The position numbers and the translations under genes were made by a program. 64,000 nucleotides of DNA from Polyangiaceae bacterium (GTDB lineage: Bacteria; Myxococcota_A; Polyangia; Polyangiales; Polyangiaceae): the NCBI GenBank assembly GCA_035063585.1, contig JAPSGB010000017.1:22281-86280 (forward strand), given 5' to 3'. Each line of letters begins with the position of its first letter. Position 1 is the first letter of the stretch. The notes under the pieces are model-generated. The model was given only the letters and a program-made list of their open reading frames with translations. It was not told where the DNA came from and did no database searches. Shown here piece after piece: positions 49,428 through 58,823 of the stretch.

Positions 49428-50036
49428 TCAGCGCGGGCGCGCGCGCGCCAAGATCCACGGGTAGCTGGTCGTTACCTCCTCGACCACGCAGCGCGTTCGG
49501 AGGAGCCTCGCGAACGAGCGCACCGTGAAATGGTTCACGTGCTCGACGTCATTTCCGAGCCGGCGGAGGTTCTTGCCGCGCGCCAGGTTACTCAGCATGA
49601 ACCACGGCTCGTGCGGCACGGTGAGGATGAGCTGCTTCGGCCGCTGCGCGAGGAGTTGCTCGAGCCCGCGCTCGGGCTCGTCGACGTGCTCGAGCACCTC
49701 GGCGCAGATCACCAGATCGAAGGGGCCGGGGAGCTCGCCGAGGGCGTAGATGTTTCGCTCCGCGGTCGCGATGCGCGGGAACTTCTCGCGGAGCGCCGCC
49801 AGATCCTCGGCTCGCAGGTCGACGCCGGTGAAGCGCTTGTCCGGGTACTTCTCGGAGAGGAAACCGGACAAGAAGCCCTCGCCGACCCCGACCTCGAGGA
49901 CCGATTGAACCGGCTCGGCGCGCTCGAAGAGGCCGTGCAGGCGGGTGACGAAGCGCCGGATGAGGAGCCGCTGCACCGGGTTTCTCACTCGGTATTTCTG
50001 GGTGGTGAAGCGATCGAAGTAGGCGTCGTCGATCAT
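49428..50036 (-). CDS. Class I SAM-dependent methyltransferase
   Basis: VLEVGVGEG, FDLVICAEVLEHV, LTVPHEP; ATG 50036 overlaps the GT2 stop. Confidence 0.88.
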   Translation of the reverse strand: MIDDAYFDRFTTQKYRVRNPVQRLLIRRFVTRLHGLFERAEPVQSVLEVGVGEGFLSGFLSEKYPDKRFTGVDLRAEDLAALREKFPRIATAERNIYALGELPGPFDLVICAEVLEHVDEPERGLEQLLAQRPKQLILTVPHEPWFMLSNLARGKNLRRLGNDVEHVNHFTVRSFARLLRTRCVVEEVTTSYPWILARARPR

Positions 50037-51043
50037 GAGGGCGTGCCTCCAGCGTCGGGCGCGTGCGCGCTCGCCGGCGCCTCGTCGAGCATGCGCCGCT
50101 CCGTGTGCGTCACGACGCGTCGCACCAGGTGCGGCTGATGGCCTGCGCTCTGATAGGCGAGGAGCTCGGCGATGAGCCCGGTCGCCAAGATCTGCACGCC
50201 GACCAAGATGAGGAGCACGCCGAGGAAGAGCAGCGGGCGGTGCCCGATCGCAGCGCCGCCGACCCAGAGCACCGTCAAGTAACCGCAGACGATGAGCCCG
50301 ATGAAGGTCGACAGGCCGCCGAGCAGGCCGAAGAAGTGCGCCGGACGCCGCTCGTACTTCAGGAGAAAGTAGACCGTGAGCAGATCGATGAAGCCGCGAA
50401 AGAAGCGGCCGCCGCCGAACTTGCTGAAGCCGAATCGACGCGGGTGGTGGTGGACCTCGATCTCGCTGATCTTGAACCGCCGCCAGTGAGCGAGGACGGG
50501 GATGAAGCGATGCAGCTCGCCGTAGACCCGAACGTTCTTCAACACGGCTCGACGGTAGGCCTTGAAGCCGCAGTTCACGTCGTGGAGCGTTATTCCCGTC
50601 AGCTGGCGCACCATCCAGTTGAACACGCGCGACGGCAGCACCTTCGTGATCGGATCGTGGCGCGTGCGCTTGTAACCGGAGACCAGATCGTAGCCTTCGT
50701 CGAGCTTGGCGAGAAAGCGTGGGATCTCCGCCGGATCGTCCTGAAGATCCGCGTCGAGCGTGAACACGATGCGCCCGGTCACCTCGGTAAAGCCGGTGGC
50801 GAGCGCCGCGCTCTTGCCAAAGTTGCCCCGAAGCTCGAGGAGCCGCACCTCGGGGTGCTCCGCGATCAACCCCTCGATGACCTCGACGGAGCCGTCCGTG
50901 CTCCCGTCGTCGATGAAGACCACCTCGAAGGACTCGCCCGGGGCGAGCACGCCGCGGGTCACGGCGGCAATCTGCTCGTAGAGGTCGCGGAGGGTCGCCT
51001 CCTCGTTGAGGAAGGGAATGACGAAGGAGAGTGCTGTGGCCAT
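50033..51043 (-). CDS. GT2 polyprenol-phosphate glycosyltransferase (ArnC/DPM1-like)
   Basis: VIPFLNEE, IDDGSTD, NFGKSAAL, DADLQDDP, CGFKAYR, two C-terminal TM helices. Confidence 0.92.
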   Translation of the reverse strand: MATALSFVIPFLNEEATLRDLYEQIAAVTRGVLAPGESFEVVFIDDGSTDGSVEVIEGLIAEHPEVRLLELRGNFGKSAALATGFTEVTGRIVFTLDADLQDDPAEIPRFLAKLDEGYDLVSGYKRTRHDPITKVLPSRVFNWMVRQLTGITLHDVNCGFKAYRRAVLKNVRVYGELHRFIPVLAHWRRFKISEIEVHHHPRRFGFSKFGGGRFFRGFIDLLTVYFLLKYERRPAHFFGLLGGLSTFIGLIVCGYLTVLWVGGAAIGHRPLLFLGVLLILVGVQILATGLIAELLAYQSAGHQPHLVRRVVTHTERRMLDEAPASAHAPDAGGTPS

Positions 51044-51153
51044 CGGCGTCGTGCGTGCGCGCGCCCCCAAATACCATGGACCCCGGAGCACCGCACCCGC
51101 AACCCGCGGCGACTTCGACCGAGCGTCGCGGGGACGCGGCGCTCAGGCTCGAG

Positions 51154-53175
51154 TCAGAGGTGCCAATCGCGGCCGAGCGCGGCGTTGCCGGCCGTGTCGT
51201 AGCCCTTCTTGAAGAGCGCGAACTCGCCGACGCGCTTGAACACGCCATACTCGCCGCCGTGGATGACCTTGCGGAGGTTCTTCTCGGTCTGGTCGAGCTT
51301 CGTCTCGCGCGAGCTCGCCAGTACCCACTCGGCGTCGTGGGGGCCTTGGCGCATCGAGTACATGTAGCGGCGCGACGAGACGTGCGGACCGACATTCTCG
51401 GTCGCTGCTACGGACACGCCGTTCGGGATCAGAGCGACGAGCTCGTAGAGCTGATCGAGGCGCTTCTTGTCCTCGGGGGTGAAACCGAAGTCCACCGAGA
51501 AGAACCCACCCTTCAGGGTGTTTCTCCGTGGAAATGCTCCGTAGTTGTAGGAGAGCGCGCTCGAAGCGAAGAGCATCGCGCAGACCGCGCCGCCCAGCCG
51601 GCTCGGGCCGTGCTCGGCGCTCTTCGCGATGGCGGAGAGGGCGAGCGGGGCGGCGAGGAACACGTAGGGCGCCCAGTGCATCACGTACTGGAACGAGTAG
51701 GTGATGGGGGGGTCGTAGCTGGTCGTGAAGAGCGTGATGATGATGCCGGGAATGAACGCGGCCCAGAGATACCAGCGACGCGCGGGCAAGAAGGCGATCG
51801 GCACCAGGATGTGGAGCAGATAGACGAGCTTCTTCGGCTCGATGAGCTTGCCGAAGGTGAAGGCCGGGTTCGAGAGCACCGTCTTGATCACCGACTTGAA
51901 GCCGTGCTCCCCCGGCGCCCAGAGCCCCTTGTACATCCCCGGGAACCACCAGCTCCCCGCCTGGTTCATGACGTAGAAGCGGAGCACCACGAACCAGATG
52001 CTGGCCCCGATGGCGAGCACCAGGCCCGTCTTCGGCCGGTGTCCGGAGAGGAGGAGCACGAGGCCAATCATCGCGAATCCGATCGGCATGTCCTCGCGCA
52101 TGAGGATCCCTGCGATGATGAGCGCCCAGCCAGCGACCCAGAGCTTCGCGTCGATGGCCCACACCGCGGCGACCACGAAGAAGGCCGCGATGGGGACCCA
52201 CTTCACCTCGTAGAAGTTGGCGCTGTGGGTCGGGTAGTAGAGCACCCAGGCGAGCGCCACCGCCGCGGCGGCCCACTCGGGCAGGCGCTTGCGCGAGAAG
52301 AGAAAGAGCGGGATCGCGGCCAGACCGAGCACCGTGGACTGGAGCGCGATCAGAAACTCTGCTTTCGGATAGAGCGCGTAGAGCGGCAAGAAGAGGTAAC
52401 CGCCGTACTTCGCGTGCGCCGCGAGGTATTCGGCGGGATTGTCGCCGAAGGCGACGGTGCCCTGCATGAACGCGCCTTCGAGGCCGGCGTACATGAGGTT
52501 ATTGTTGATCGATAGATCGAAGTTGTGCGTGCGGAGCTTGTAGTGCCATCGGAGCGTGTAAAAGCTCATGAAGCCCGCGTAGAAGATCGCGGCTGCGATC
52601 ACGGTCGCCAAGAACCCGTGCCGCGCGATGAGCCCCGGCAGGACGCGGGAAATCTTCGCTCTGAGCCGCGAGAGCCACGCGGGCGACGACCGGAATGCGC
52701 GGGTCACGAGGACCTCCGTCGCGAGCGCCACCACCAGCATGAAGGGCAAGAGCGCTTCGGCGCGTCCCTTCCAGGGTTGATAACGAAAGACGATGGGGAA
52801 GGCTGGCGCGAGCGCGAGCGGCGAGAGGAACCATAGGGCGCGCTCGACCCCCGCGAACGAGCGCTGGCGCCGATAGGCGAGCGCGAGCGCGATCACCGCC
52901 ACCAGCACGGCCACCGCTCCCCCCGCGAGGGAGCTCTCGATGAGCACCATTCGCTTGCCGAGGTCGAGCGCGTTCTTCTTGATGAAGTCCGTGACCCAGC
53001 CGGCGCGGAGCGAGTACTGCGCGCACATCACGAGCGCGGTCCCGATCACCGCGGCGAGCGCGAGGCTCCGCGTCAGGGCTCCCCAGGGACTCGCGGCCGC
53101 TTGCTGGCCCGCGCGCTCGCCGACCACACTGCACGGCCCCGCGCCCTCAGACTCCCGAAGCCCTTCCGAAGACAT
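51154..53175 (-). CDS. DUF2079-like multi-TM protein (putative GT-C glycosyltransferase)
   Basis: HNFDLSI, YLAAH...PLYALYP, LQSTVLGLAAIPLF, MRED, FQY motifs; many TM segments; start uncertain. Confidence 0.7.
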   Translation of the reverse strand: MSSEGLRESEGAGPCSVVGERAGQQAAASPWGALTRSLALAAVIGTALVMCAQYSLRAGWVTDFIKKNALDLGKRMVLIESSLAGGAVAVLVAVIALALAYRRQRSFAGVERALWFLSPLALAPAFPIVFRYQPWKGRAEALLPFMLVVALATEVLVTRAFRSSPAWLSRLRAKISRVLPGLIARHGFLATVIAAAIFYAGFMSFYTLRWHYKLRTHNFDLSINNNLMYAGLEGAFMQGTVAFGDNPAEYLAAHAKYGGYLFLPLYALYPKAEFLIALQSTVLGLAAIPLFLFSRKRLPEWAAAAVALAWVLYYPTHSANFYEVKWVPIAAFFVVAAVWAIDAKLWVAGWALIIAGILMREDMPIGFAMIGLVLLLSGHRPKTGLVLAIGASIWFVVLRFYVMNQAGSWWFPGMYKGLWAPGEHGFKSVIKTVLSNPAFTFGKLIEPKKLVYLLHILVPIAFLPARRWYLWAAFIPGIIITLFTTSYDPPITYSFQYVMHWAPYVFLAAPLALSAIAKSAEHGPSRLGGAVCAMLFASSALSYNYGAFPRRNTLKGGFFSVDFGFTPEDKKRLDQLYELVALIPNGVSVAATENVGPHVSSRRYMYSMRQGPHDAEWVLASSRETKLDQTEKNLRKVIHGGEYGVFKRVGEFALFKKGYDTAGNAALGRDWHL

Positions 53176-53381
53176 GAACCGCCACGCTTTATCACGGGAA
53201 TCTCGCGGCACCCTCGCCAGCTCGCCGGCGGGGTCGCTCGGCGGATGTGGGAACATCTCCTACCCCCCGGAAATCGTTGAGCTCATCGACTCGGCGAGGG
53301 GTGGAGTGTGGTATGAATTCGCTCGCCGCCGAGGCCGCCAGAGCGCCGTCGCTCGACGCGGTCGCGCCGAGAGGAAGAGCC

Positions 53382-54116
53382 ATGAGAGGTCGCGACAAGA
53401 CACGGCTTGGGTTGTTGACCGCTGCCGTGACGCTGGCGCTCGCCGCTTGCGGCGGTCGCTCCACCATCGACTTCGGTGAGCCGATGGCGAGCGCGGGCGC
53501 GGCCGGCTTCGGCGCCAGCGGCGGCGAGGGTGGCAGCGAGGCGGGCGGCTCCGGCGGTTTCGGGGCGGGCGGCTCCGGCGGCTCCGCGGCGGGTGGCAGC
53601 GGCGGCTTCGCCGCGGGTGGCAGCGGCGGTTTCGCGGCGGGTGGCAGCGGCGGTTTCGCGGCGGGCGGCAGCGGCGGTTTCGCGGCGGGTGGCAGCGGCG
53701 GTTTCGCCGCGGGCGGCAGCGGCGGCTTCGCGGCGGGCGGCAGCGGCGGCTTCGCGGCGGGCGGCAGCGGCGGCTTCGCGGCGGGCGGCAGCGGCGGCTT
53801 CGCGGCGGGCGGCAGCGGCGGCTTCGCGGCGGGCGGCTCTGGTGGGTCCGGCGGGAGCGGCCCCATCGCATGCCTGCAGTGCGTCGGTCAGCAGTGCCCC
53901 TCGGCGCAAGACTGCCTGACCAACCAGGCGTGCCGAGACGGCGCGCTCTGCGTGGCGCAGAAGTGTCTGGGCGGCGGCGGTGGGGGATTCGATTTCGGAT
54001 GCGCGATGGGTTGCTTCAATGGCGACTGGTCTGCGGCGATGACGGCCGTGCAGGCGCTCCAGTGCGTGACCTCGAACTGCGGCTCGCAGTGTCAAGGCAC
54101 GCTCCCGGGCGGCTGA
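53382..54116 (+). CDS. Lipoprotein with Gly-rich repeat stalk and Cys-rich C-terminal domain
   Basis: Lipobox LAACGGRS; CLQCVGQQC...CVTSNCGSQC. Confidence 0.8.
   Translation: MRGRDKTRLGLLTAAVTLALAACGGRSTIDFGEPMASAGAAGFGASGGEGGSEAGGSGGFGAGGSGGSAAGGSGGFAAGGSGGFAAGGSGGFAAGGSGGFAAGGSGGFAAGGSGGFAAGGSGGFAAGGSGGFAAGGSGGFAAGGSGGFAAGGSGGSGGSGPIACLQCVGQQCPSAQDCLTNQACRDGALCVAQKCLGGGGGGFDFGCAMGCFNGDWSAAMTAVQALQCVTSNCGSQCQGTLPGG
53538..53849 (+). repeat. 24-nt tandem repeat, about 13 units (AAGGSGGF x10 plus three variants)
   Basis: Consensus GCGGCGGGCGGCAGCGGCGGCTTC with synonymous variants. Confidence 0.95.
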
Positions 54117-54242
54117 GGGCGCGGCCAGAACCTCCGATCGAGGTCGGTGGGTTGGTTGGCTCGGCGTGAGACCGCGCCGGTGCGCCCGAGCTCGAGCTCG
54201 TCCTCCCTGCGAGCCTGTGGCGCGGATGCTAGCCTGTCCGGC

Positions 54243-57200
54243 GTGAAGCACCGGGCGACCACAGCGCTCGCGGCGCTCCTCGCGCTCGCCACCGCCGCGA
54301 CCCCTGCGCTCGCCCAGTTCAATCCGGGGGGGCGCAAGAAGCCGCGCCCGAAGACGCCCTCCCACGCGCCGGCCAGGCCCCGCGGTTCCGCGCCGGCCCG
54401 ACAACCCACCCAACCGACCGGAGCGTCACCCGGCGAGCGCACCGGCGCGCTCATCGCTCGCTACACGGCCATCGTGCTCGCGCAGCCCGGGGCCGAGTTT
54501 CCGCTGCAGCGCCTGGCGCAACTCTACCGCGAGCGCGACGGCAAGCTCGACGCGCTCATCGCGGACTTCGAGCACCGGGCAGCGGCGAGCGGTCCGGACC
54601 ACTGGAACGCGCTCTTGGCGCTCGCCGGACTCTATCGGCAAGACGCCCAGCGACAGAAGGCGATGAGCACCTACGAACGGGCCCTCGCCGAGCGCGCTGG
54701 CGATCCGGCCGCGCTCCTCGCGCTCGCGCACCTGCTCGAGGACTCCGGGGACCAGGCGGGCGCGCGCGAGCGATATGCCGCCGCGCTCCCGAAGCTCACG
54801 CTCGACGCCGACAAGGAGCAGACGCTACGCACGCTGATGCAGCTCTCGCTCGATCTCAAAGACTTCGACGGCGCGAAAAAATACCACGCAGAGCTAGTCA
54901 AACGCGCGAGCGGCTCGTTTTACGTGCGCGCGGAGCTCGGCCGCGAGCTCCTCCTCCGGAACGAGTATGAGCGCGCGGTCGAGGAGTATCGCGGGGTCGT
55001 CCAGGCGGCGACCGGCGACAATCGCGTGCTCGCGCCCGCGCTGCGCGATCTCGGCCGCGCGCTCGCCAAGCTCGGCAAGAACGATGAGGCGACCGCGGTG
55101 CTCCACCGCGCGCTCGCGGCGGCCGGCGGGCAAGCGGGCGTGCGCCGCGAGATCTACGACGTCATCGTCGAGGTGTACCGCGCTAGCAATCGGCTGCGCG
55201 AGCTGGTGGGCGAGCTCGAGCGCGAGCGCGCATCGGACTTCGAGCGGCTCACCTTGCTTGGCGGGCTATACGAGGAGACGGGGCAGGTCGACCAGGCGCT
55301 CGCTGCGTACCGACGTGCGCTCACGGTCAACGGCAAGGACGTCGCTACGCGGCTCAAGGTGGTGCAGCTCCTCCAGCTCCAGGGCGAGCTCGACCAGGCG
55401 ATCCGCGAGTATCAGGCGCTGATCCGCGCCGCGCCGCACAACCCGGACTTCGTATTTCAGCTCGCCGAAGCGCTCATCCAGCGCGGAGATCGCGGACGAG
55501 CGGTCGCGGAGCTCGCGCAGCTCGAGGCGCGCTCGCGCGGTGACGAAGAGACGCTGGCCGCGCTCGCGGCGTTCTACGAGCGCATCGACGAGAAGGACCG
55601 CGCGCTCGCGGTGCTGGAGCGGCTCACCAAGACCGGCGCCGACCCGCGACACCTGGTCGAGCTCGGCAGCCGATATTGGGAAGAGGGCGACAAGAAGCGG
55701 GCGCTCGCGACCTGGGCGCGCATCAAGACGAGAGTAGCCGACCGCGCCAAGGCGCTCGACGTGCTGTCCGAGGTCTACCTCGAGCACGACCTGACGAAGG
55801 AGGCGCTCGAGGCGCTCCGCGAGGCGCGCGAGCTCGCCCCCGGAAATCCGAAGTACGAGAAGAGCTACGCGCTCGCGCTCGAGCGCGCCGGAGCGGGCGC
55901 GCCGGACGCGGCCGCTCGCGCGGCAGCCTACGGCGAAGCCCGGCGCATCTGGGAGCAGATCCTGGCCGGCGCGGGCGACAAGGAGAGCGTAGCGCGCGAG
56001 GCGCGGCAGCACATCGTCACGCTGTTTGGCTTGTCGGGTGAGCTCGAGCAGCGCGCCCCGGCGCTCGCGCGCCGGCTCGCCGCCACCCCGCCCGATCTCG
56101 AGGCCGGGCGGCTGCTCGCCGAGGTCGAGCTCCGCCTCCGACGCTACGCGGCGGCCGAGGCGACGCTCCGGCGCGTGGTCGCGCTCGCGCCGGGCGACGC
56201 GGCGAGCCTCACCGTGCTCGAGCGCGTACTGGTGCTCGAGAAGAAGCTCGACGAGGCGATCCTCGTGCTGAAAAGGCTCATCGTGGTGGAGCCGAAGCGC
56301 GCCCGCGAATTCTACCAGCGCATGGCGAAGTACGCCGCCGAGCTCTACCGCGACGACGAGGCGGTGGAGTACGCCGCGAAGGCCGTCGAGCTCAGTCCGG
56401 ATGACGCCGAGGGCCACCGAAAGCTCGGCGAAATGTATCGCCGGCAGCAGGACACGAAGCGCGCCATTTTCGAGTTCCGCCAGGCTATCAGCAAGAATGA
56501 TCGCCTCTTTCCCGTCTACTTCCAGCTCGCCGAGCTCCTGCTCGGGGAAGGCCAGACGGACGAGGCCGATCGACTGCTCCGCCGCGTGGTGCGCGCGGCG
56601 CCCGACGAGGAGCTGGTCGCGCAGGCCGCACGGCTCAGCATGCAGCTCAACCTCGGCAAGGGCACGCTCGAGTCGCTCGAGCGTGAGCTCCTGCCGGTGG
56701 CGCTCGGGAACCCGCAGCGCCCCGTCTACCGGCGCCTCCTGGTGGACATCTACGGTGCGCTGGCGTTCCCGCTGGTAAGCCGAGCCAAGAGCGCGGACCC
56801 GTCCCGCGCCGCGGAGGCGCGCGCGACGCTCCGGCGCATCGGCGAGCGCGCGGTCAAGCCGTTGCTCGATGCGCTCGGCGACGACCGCGACGCGCAACAG
56901 CGCATCGCCATCGAGCTGCTCGGCAGCATCCAGAACAAGAGCGCCGGGCCCGCGCTGTTCGCCTACGCGACCGGCTCGGCCGACGTGGAACTGAGGACGC
57001 TCGCCATGATCGCCGTCGGCACGCTCGACGACCCCGCGCTCTTGCCTCGGCTCACGGAGCTACTCGCACCCGGCGGGGCGGCGCGCTCCGATGAGTCCGA
57101 CCCGGTGATGGTGGCGGCGGCCTGGGCCGTCGCGCGCCTTCGCACGCCGGCGGCGTTCGCGCTCCTCGGGAAGCTCGTCGACAGCGACGCGCCGAGCATC

Positions 57201-58313
57201 CGCGCGCTCGGCGCGCTGGGGCTCGGGCTGGGCGGCGCGCCGCGCGCCACGAAGACGCTCGGCGCGCTCGCGAGCTCGCTCGACGCGGGCCCGCTGCCAC
57301 GCGCGGCCGCGGCCTTCGCGCTCGGCGAGCTGCACGATCGCGCGAGCTCGGAGACGCTCACGCAGCTGGCCGAGGCGAGCGACGTCACCGTGCGAGGGGC
57401 GGCCATCCTCGCGCTCGCACGCCTCGGCGCCGAGACCGCGTCGCGCACGATCGCCGAGGCGCTCACCAGCGCGGAGCCCGAGCTCCAGCGCGCGGCGGCA
57501 GCGGCGGCGCTCGTGCTGGGCACGGGGAGATACCAGATGACGGGCGACCCGCTGGCGCCGCCCGAAGGCCGCATCGACGTGCGCGCGCTCATCGATCGGC
57601 AGAGGCCGAGCGGCTACGACGCCGACGCGTACGCCGCCGCCGCCGTCAAGCTCGCGCCGGCGCTCGCGCGAGTCAGCGCGGCGGCCGTGCAGAGCTCGCC
57701 CGAGCGCGCCCGCGCGGTGGCCGACGCGCTCTCCGCGCGGGGCGGCAAGCCGGCGTTCGGGCTGCTCACCCGGCAGCTCGACGCGGCGACCCCCGCTGCT
57801 CGCGCGCACGCGGAGGAAGCGCTCGGCGCGGTCGCCGCCGCGGTCGTCACGCCGTTCGTGGCGCTCACCACTCATCCCGAGCCCGAGGTGCGCGCGGGCG
57901 CGGTGGAGTTCCTCGCCCGGCGCGCGGAGCCCGAGGCGCGAAGGGCGGTGCTCGACGCGCTCACAGACCCGAGCGCGGACGTGCAGCGCGCGGCTCTGTC
58001 AGCGGTGGCCCAGGCGCGCTCGCTCGAGGCGATCCCGGCCGTGGTGCGACTGCTCGAGCAGAGCTCGGCGTGGCCGGTGCGGGTGCGCGCGGCCGAGGTG
58101 CTCGGGACCCTCGCGGCAGGCCGCGCGGATCGCGGCGCCATGGCGGCGCTGTCCCGGGTCGCCCAGGGCGACCGCTTCGCGCTGGTCCGCGAGGCGGCGG
58201 TCCGCGCGCTCCACGCCGTCGACGCGACGGGCGCGCGCGAGGTGCTCCGTTCGGTGGCGGCCCGCGACGCCGAGCCGCGAGTCCGCGCCACCGCGAAATC
58301 ACTGCTGCCTTGA
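54243..58313 (+). CDS. Large exported TPR + HEAT repeat protein
   Basis: Signal peptide ending PALAQ; TPR-like helical repeats then VRxxAxxAL HEAT repeats; TAGCCT box 7 nt upstream of GTG 54243. Confidence 0.85.
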   Translation: MKHRATTALAALLALATAATPALAQFNPGGRKKPRPKTPSHAPARPRGSAPARQPTQPTGASPGERTGALIARYTAIVLAQPGAEFPLQRLAQLYRERDGKLDALIADFEHRAAASGPDHWNALLALAGLYRQDAQRQKAMSTYERALAERAGDPAALLALAHLLEDSGDQAGARERYAAALPKLTLDADKEQTLRTLMQLSLDLKDFDGAKKYHAELVKRASGSFYVRAELGRELLLRNEYERAVEEYRGVVQAATGDNRVLAPALRDLGRALAKLGKNDEATAVLHRALAAAGGQAGVRREIYDVIVEVYRASNRLRELVGELERERASDFERLTLLGGLYEETGQVDQALAAYRRALTVNGKDVATRLKVVQLLQLQGELDQAIREYQALIRAAPHNPDFVFQLAEALIQRGDRGRAVAELAQLEARSRGDEETLAALAAFYERIDEKDRALAVLERLTKTGADPRHLVELGSRYWEEGDKKRALATWARIKTRVADRAKALDVLSEVYLEHDLTKEALEALREARELAPGNPKYEKSYALALERAGAGAPDAAARAAAYGEARRIWEQILAGAGDKESVAREARQHIVTLFGLSGELEQRAPALARRLAATPPDLEAGRLLAEVELRLRRYAAAEATLRRVVALAPGDAASLTVLERVLVLEKKLDEAILVLKRLIVVEPKRAREFYQRMAKYAAELYRDDEAVEYAAKAVELSPDDAEGHRKLGEMYRRQQDTKRAIFEFRQAISKNDRLFPVYFQLAELLLGEGQTDEADRLLRRVVRAAPDEELVAQAARLSMQLNLGKGTLESLERELLPVALGNPQRPVYRRLLVDIYGALAFPLVSRAKSADPSRAAEARATLRRIGERAVKPLLDALGDDRDAQQRIAIELLGSIQNKSAGPALFAYATGSADVELRTLAMIAVGTLDDPALLPRLTELLAPGGAARSDESDPVMVAAAWAVARLRTPAAFALLGKLVDSDAPSIRALGALGLGLGGAPRATKTLGALASSLDAGPLPRAAAAFALGELHDRASSETLTQLAEASDVTVRGAAILALARLGAETASRTIAEALTSAEPELQRAAAAAALVLGTGRYQMTGDPLAPPEGRIDVRALIDRQRPSGYDADAYAAAAVKLAPALARVSAAAVQSSPERARAVADALSARGGKPAFGLLTRQLDAATPAARAHAEEALGAVAAAVVTPFVALTTHPEPEVRAGAVEFLARRAEPEARRAVLDALTDPSADVQRAALSAVAQARSLEAIPAVVRLLEQSSAWPVRVRAAEVLGTLAAGRADRGAMAALSRVAQGDRFALVREAAVRALHAVDATGAREVLRSVAARDAEPRVRATAKSLLP

Positions 58314-58316
58314 ACC

Positions 58317-58823
58317 ATGAACCGCACCCTCCTCACCTTGCTGGCCCTCGGCGCGCTCGTCGGTTGCCGGAGCCTCGACCGCTTCGACACCAGCGGGGAC
58401 GACAGCTACTGCGGCGACATCGTCGCCGCTTCGTTCGTCCGCGATACGCGATACCCGCCGTCGATGCGGATGATGCTCGAGCTCGACATGACGAACCTCG
58501 CGACCGTGCCCGGTCACGTGACCACGGATGACGCCTCGTGCGGCGGCGCGCCGCTCTTCCACGACGCGAAGCTCCGCGCGATGCGCGAGGTGCTGAACGA
58601 CCCCCTCTCGCTCATGCGTTTCGGTGACGGCCAACAGCACAACATCCTCGCCTGGGCGGACTCGAGCTGCGCGGGCCCGGTGCTCGCGGTGGTGTCGCTG
58701 ATGAAGAACGATGACGTCGAGGTGCGGCTGCTCCGCCCGACCTCGGAGGCGGAGGCCCGAGAGAACCGCGCCTCGGGGTTCGCGCTGTTTCAGCTCACGC
58801 GGCGCAGCGGAGGCTGCCTGTGA
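58317..58823 (+). CDS. Lipoprotein, hypothetical
   Basis: Lipobox ALVGC; tightly packed between its neighbours. Confidence 0.75.
   Translation: MNRTLLTLLALGALVGCRSLDRFDTSGDDSYCGDIVAASFVRDTRYPPSMRMMLELDMTNLATVPGHVTTDDASCGGAPLFHDAKLRAMREVLNDPLSLMRFGDGQQHNILAWADSSCAGPVLAVVSLMKNDDVEVRLLRPTSEAEARENRASGFALFQLTRRSGGCL

Noticed and set aside
49428..51395. 655-aa ORF as one protein
   Set aside because: Only the last ~200 aa are a methyltransferase; the rest is an alternate frame of the GT2 gene
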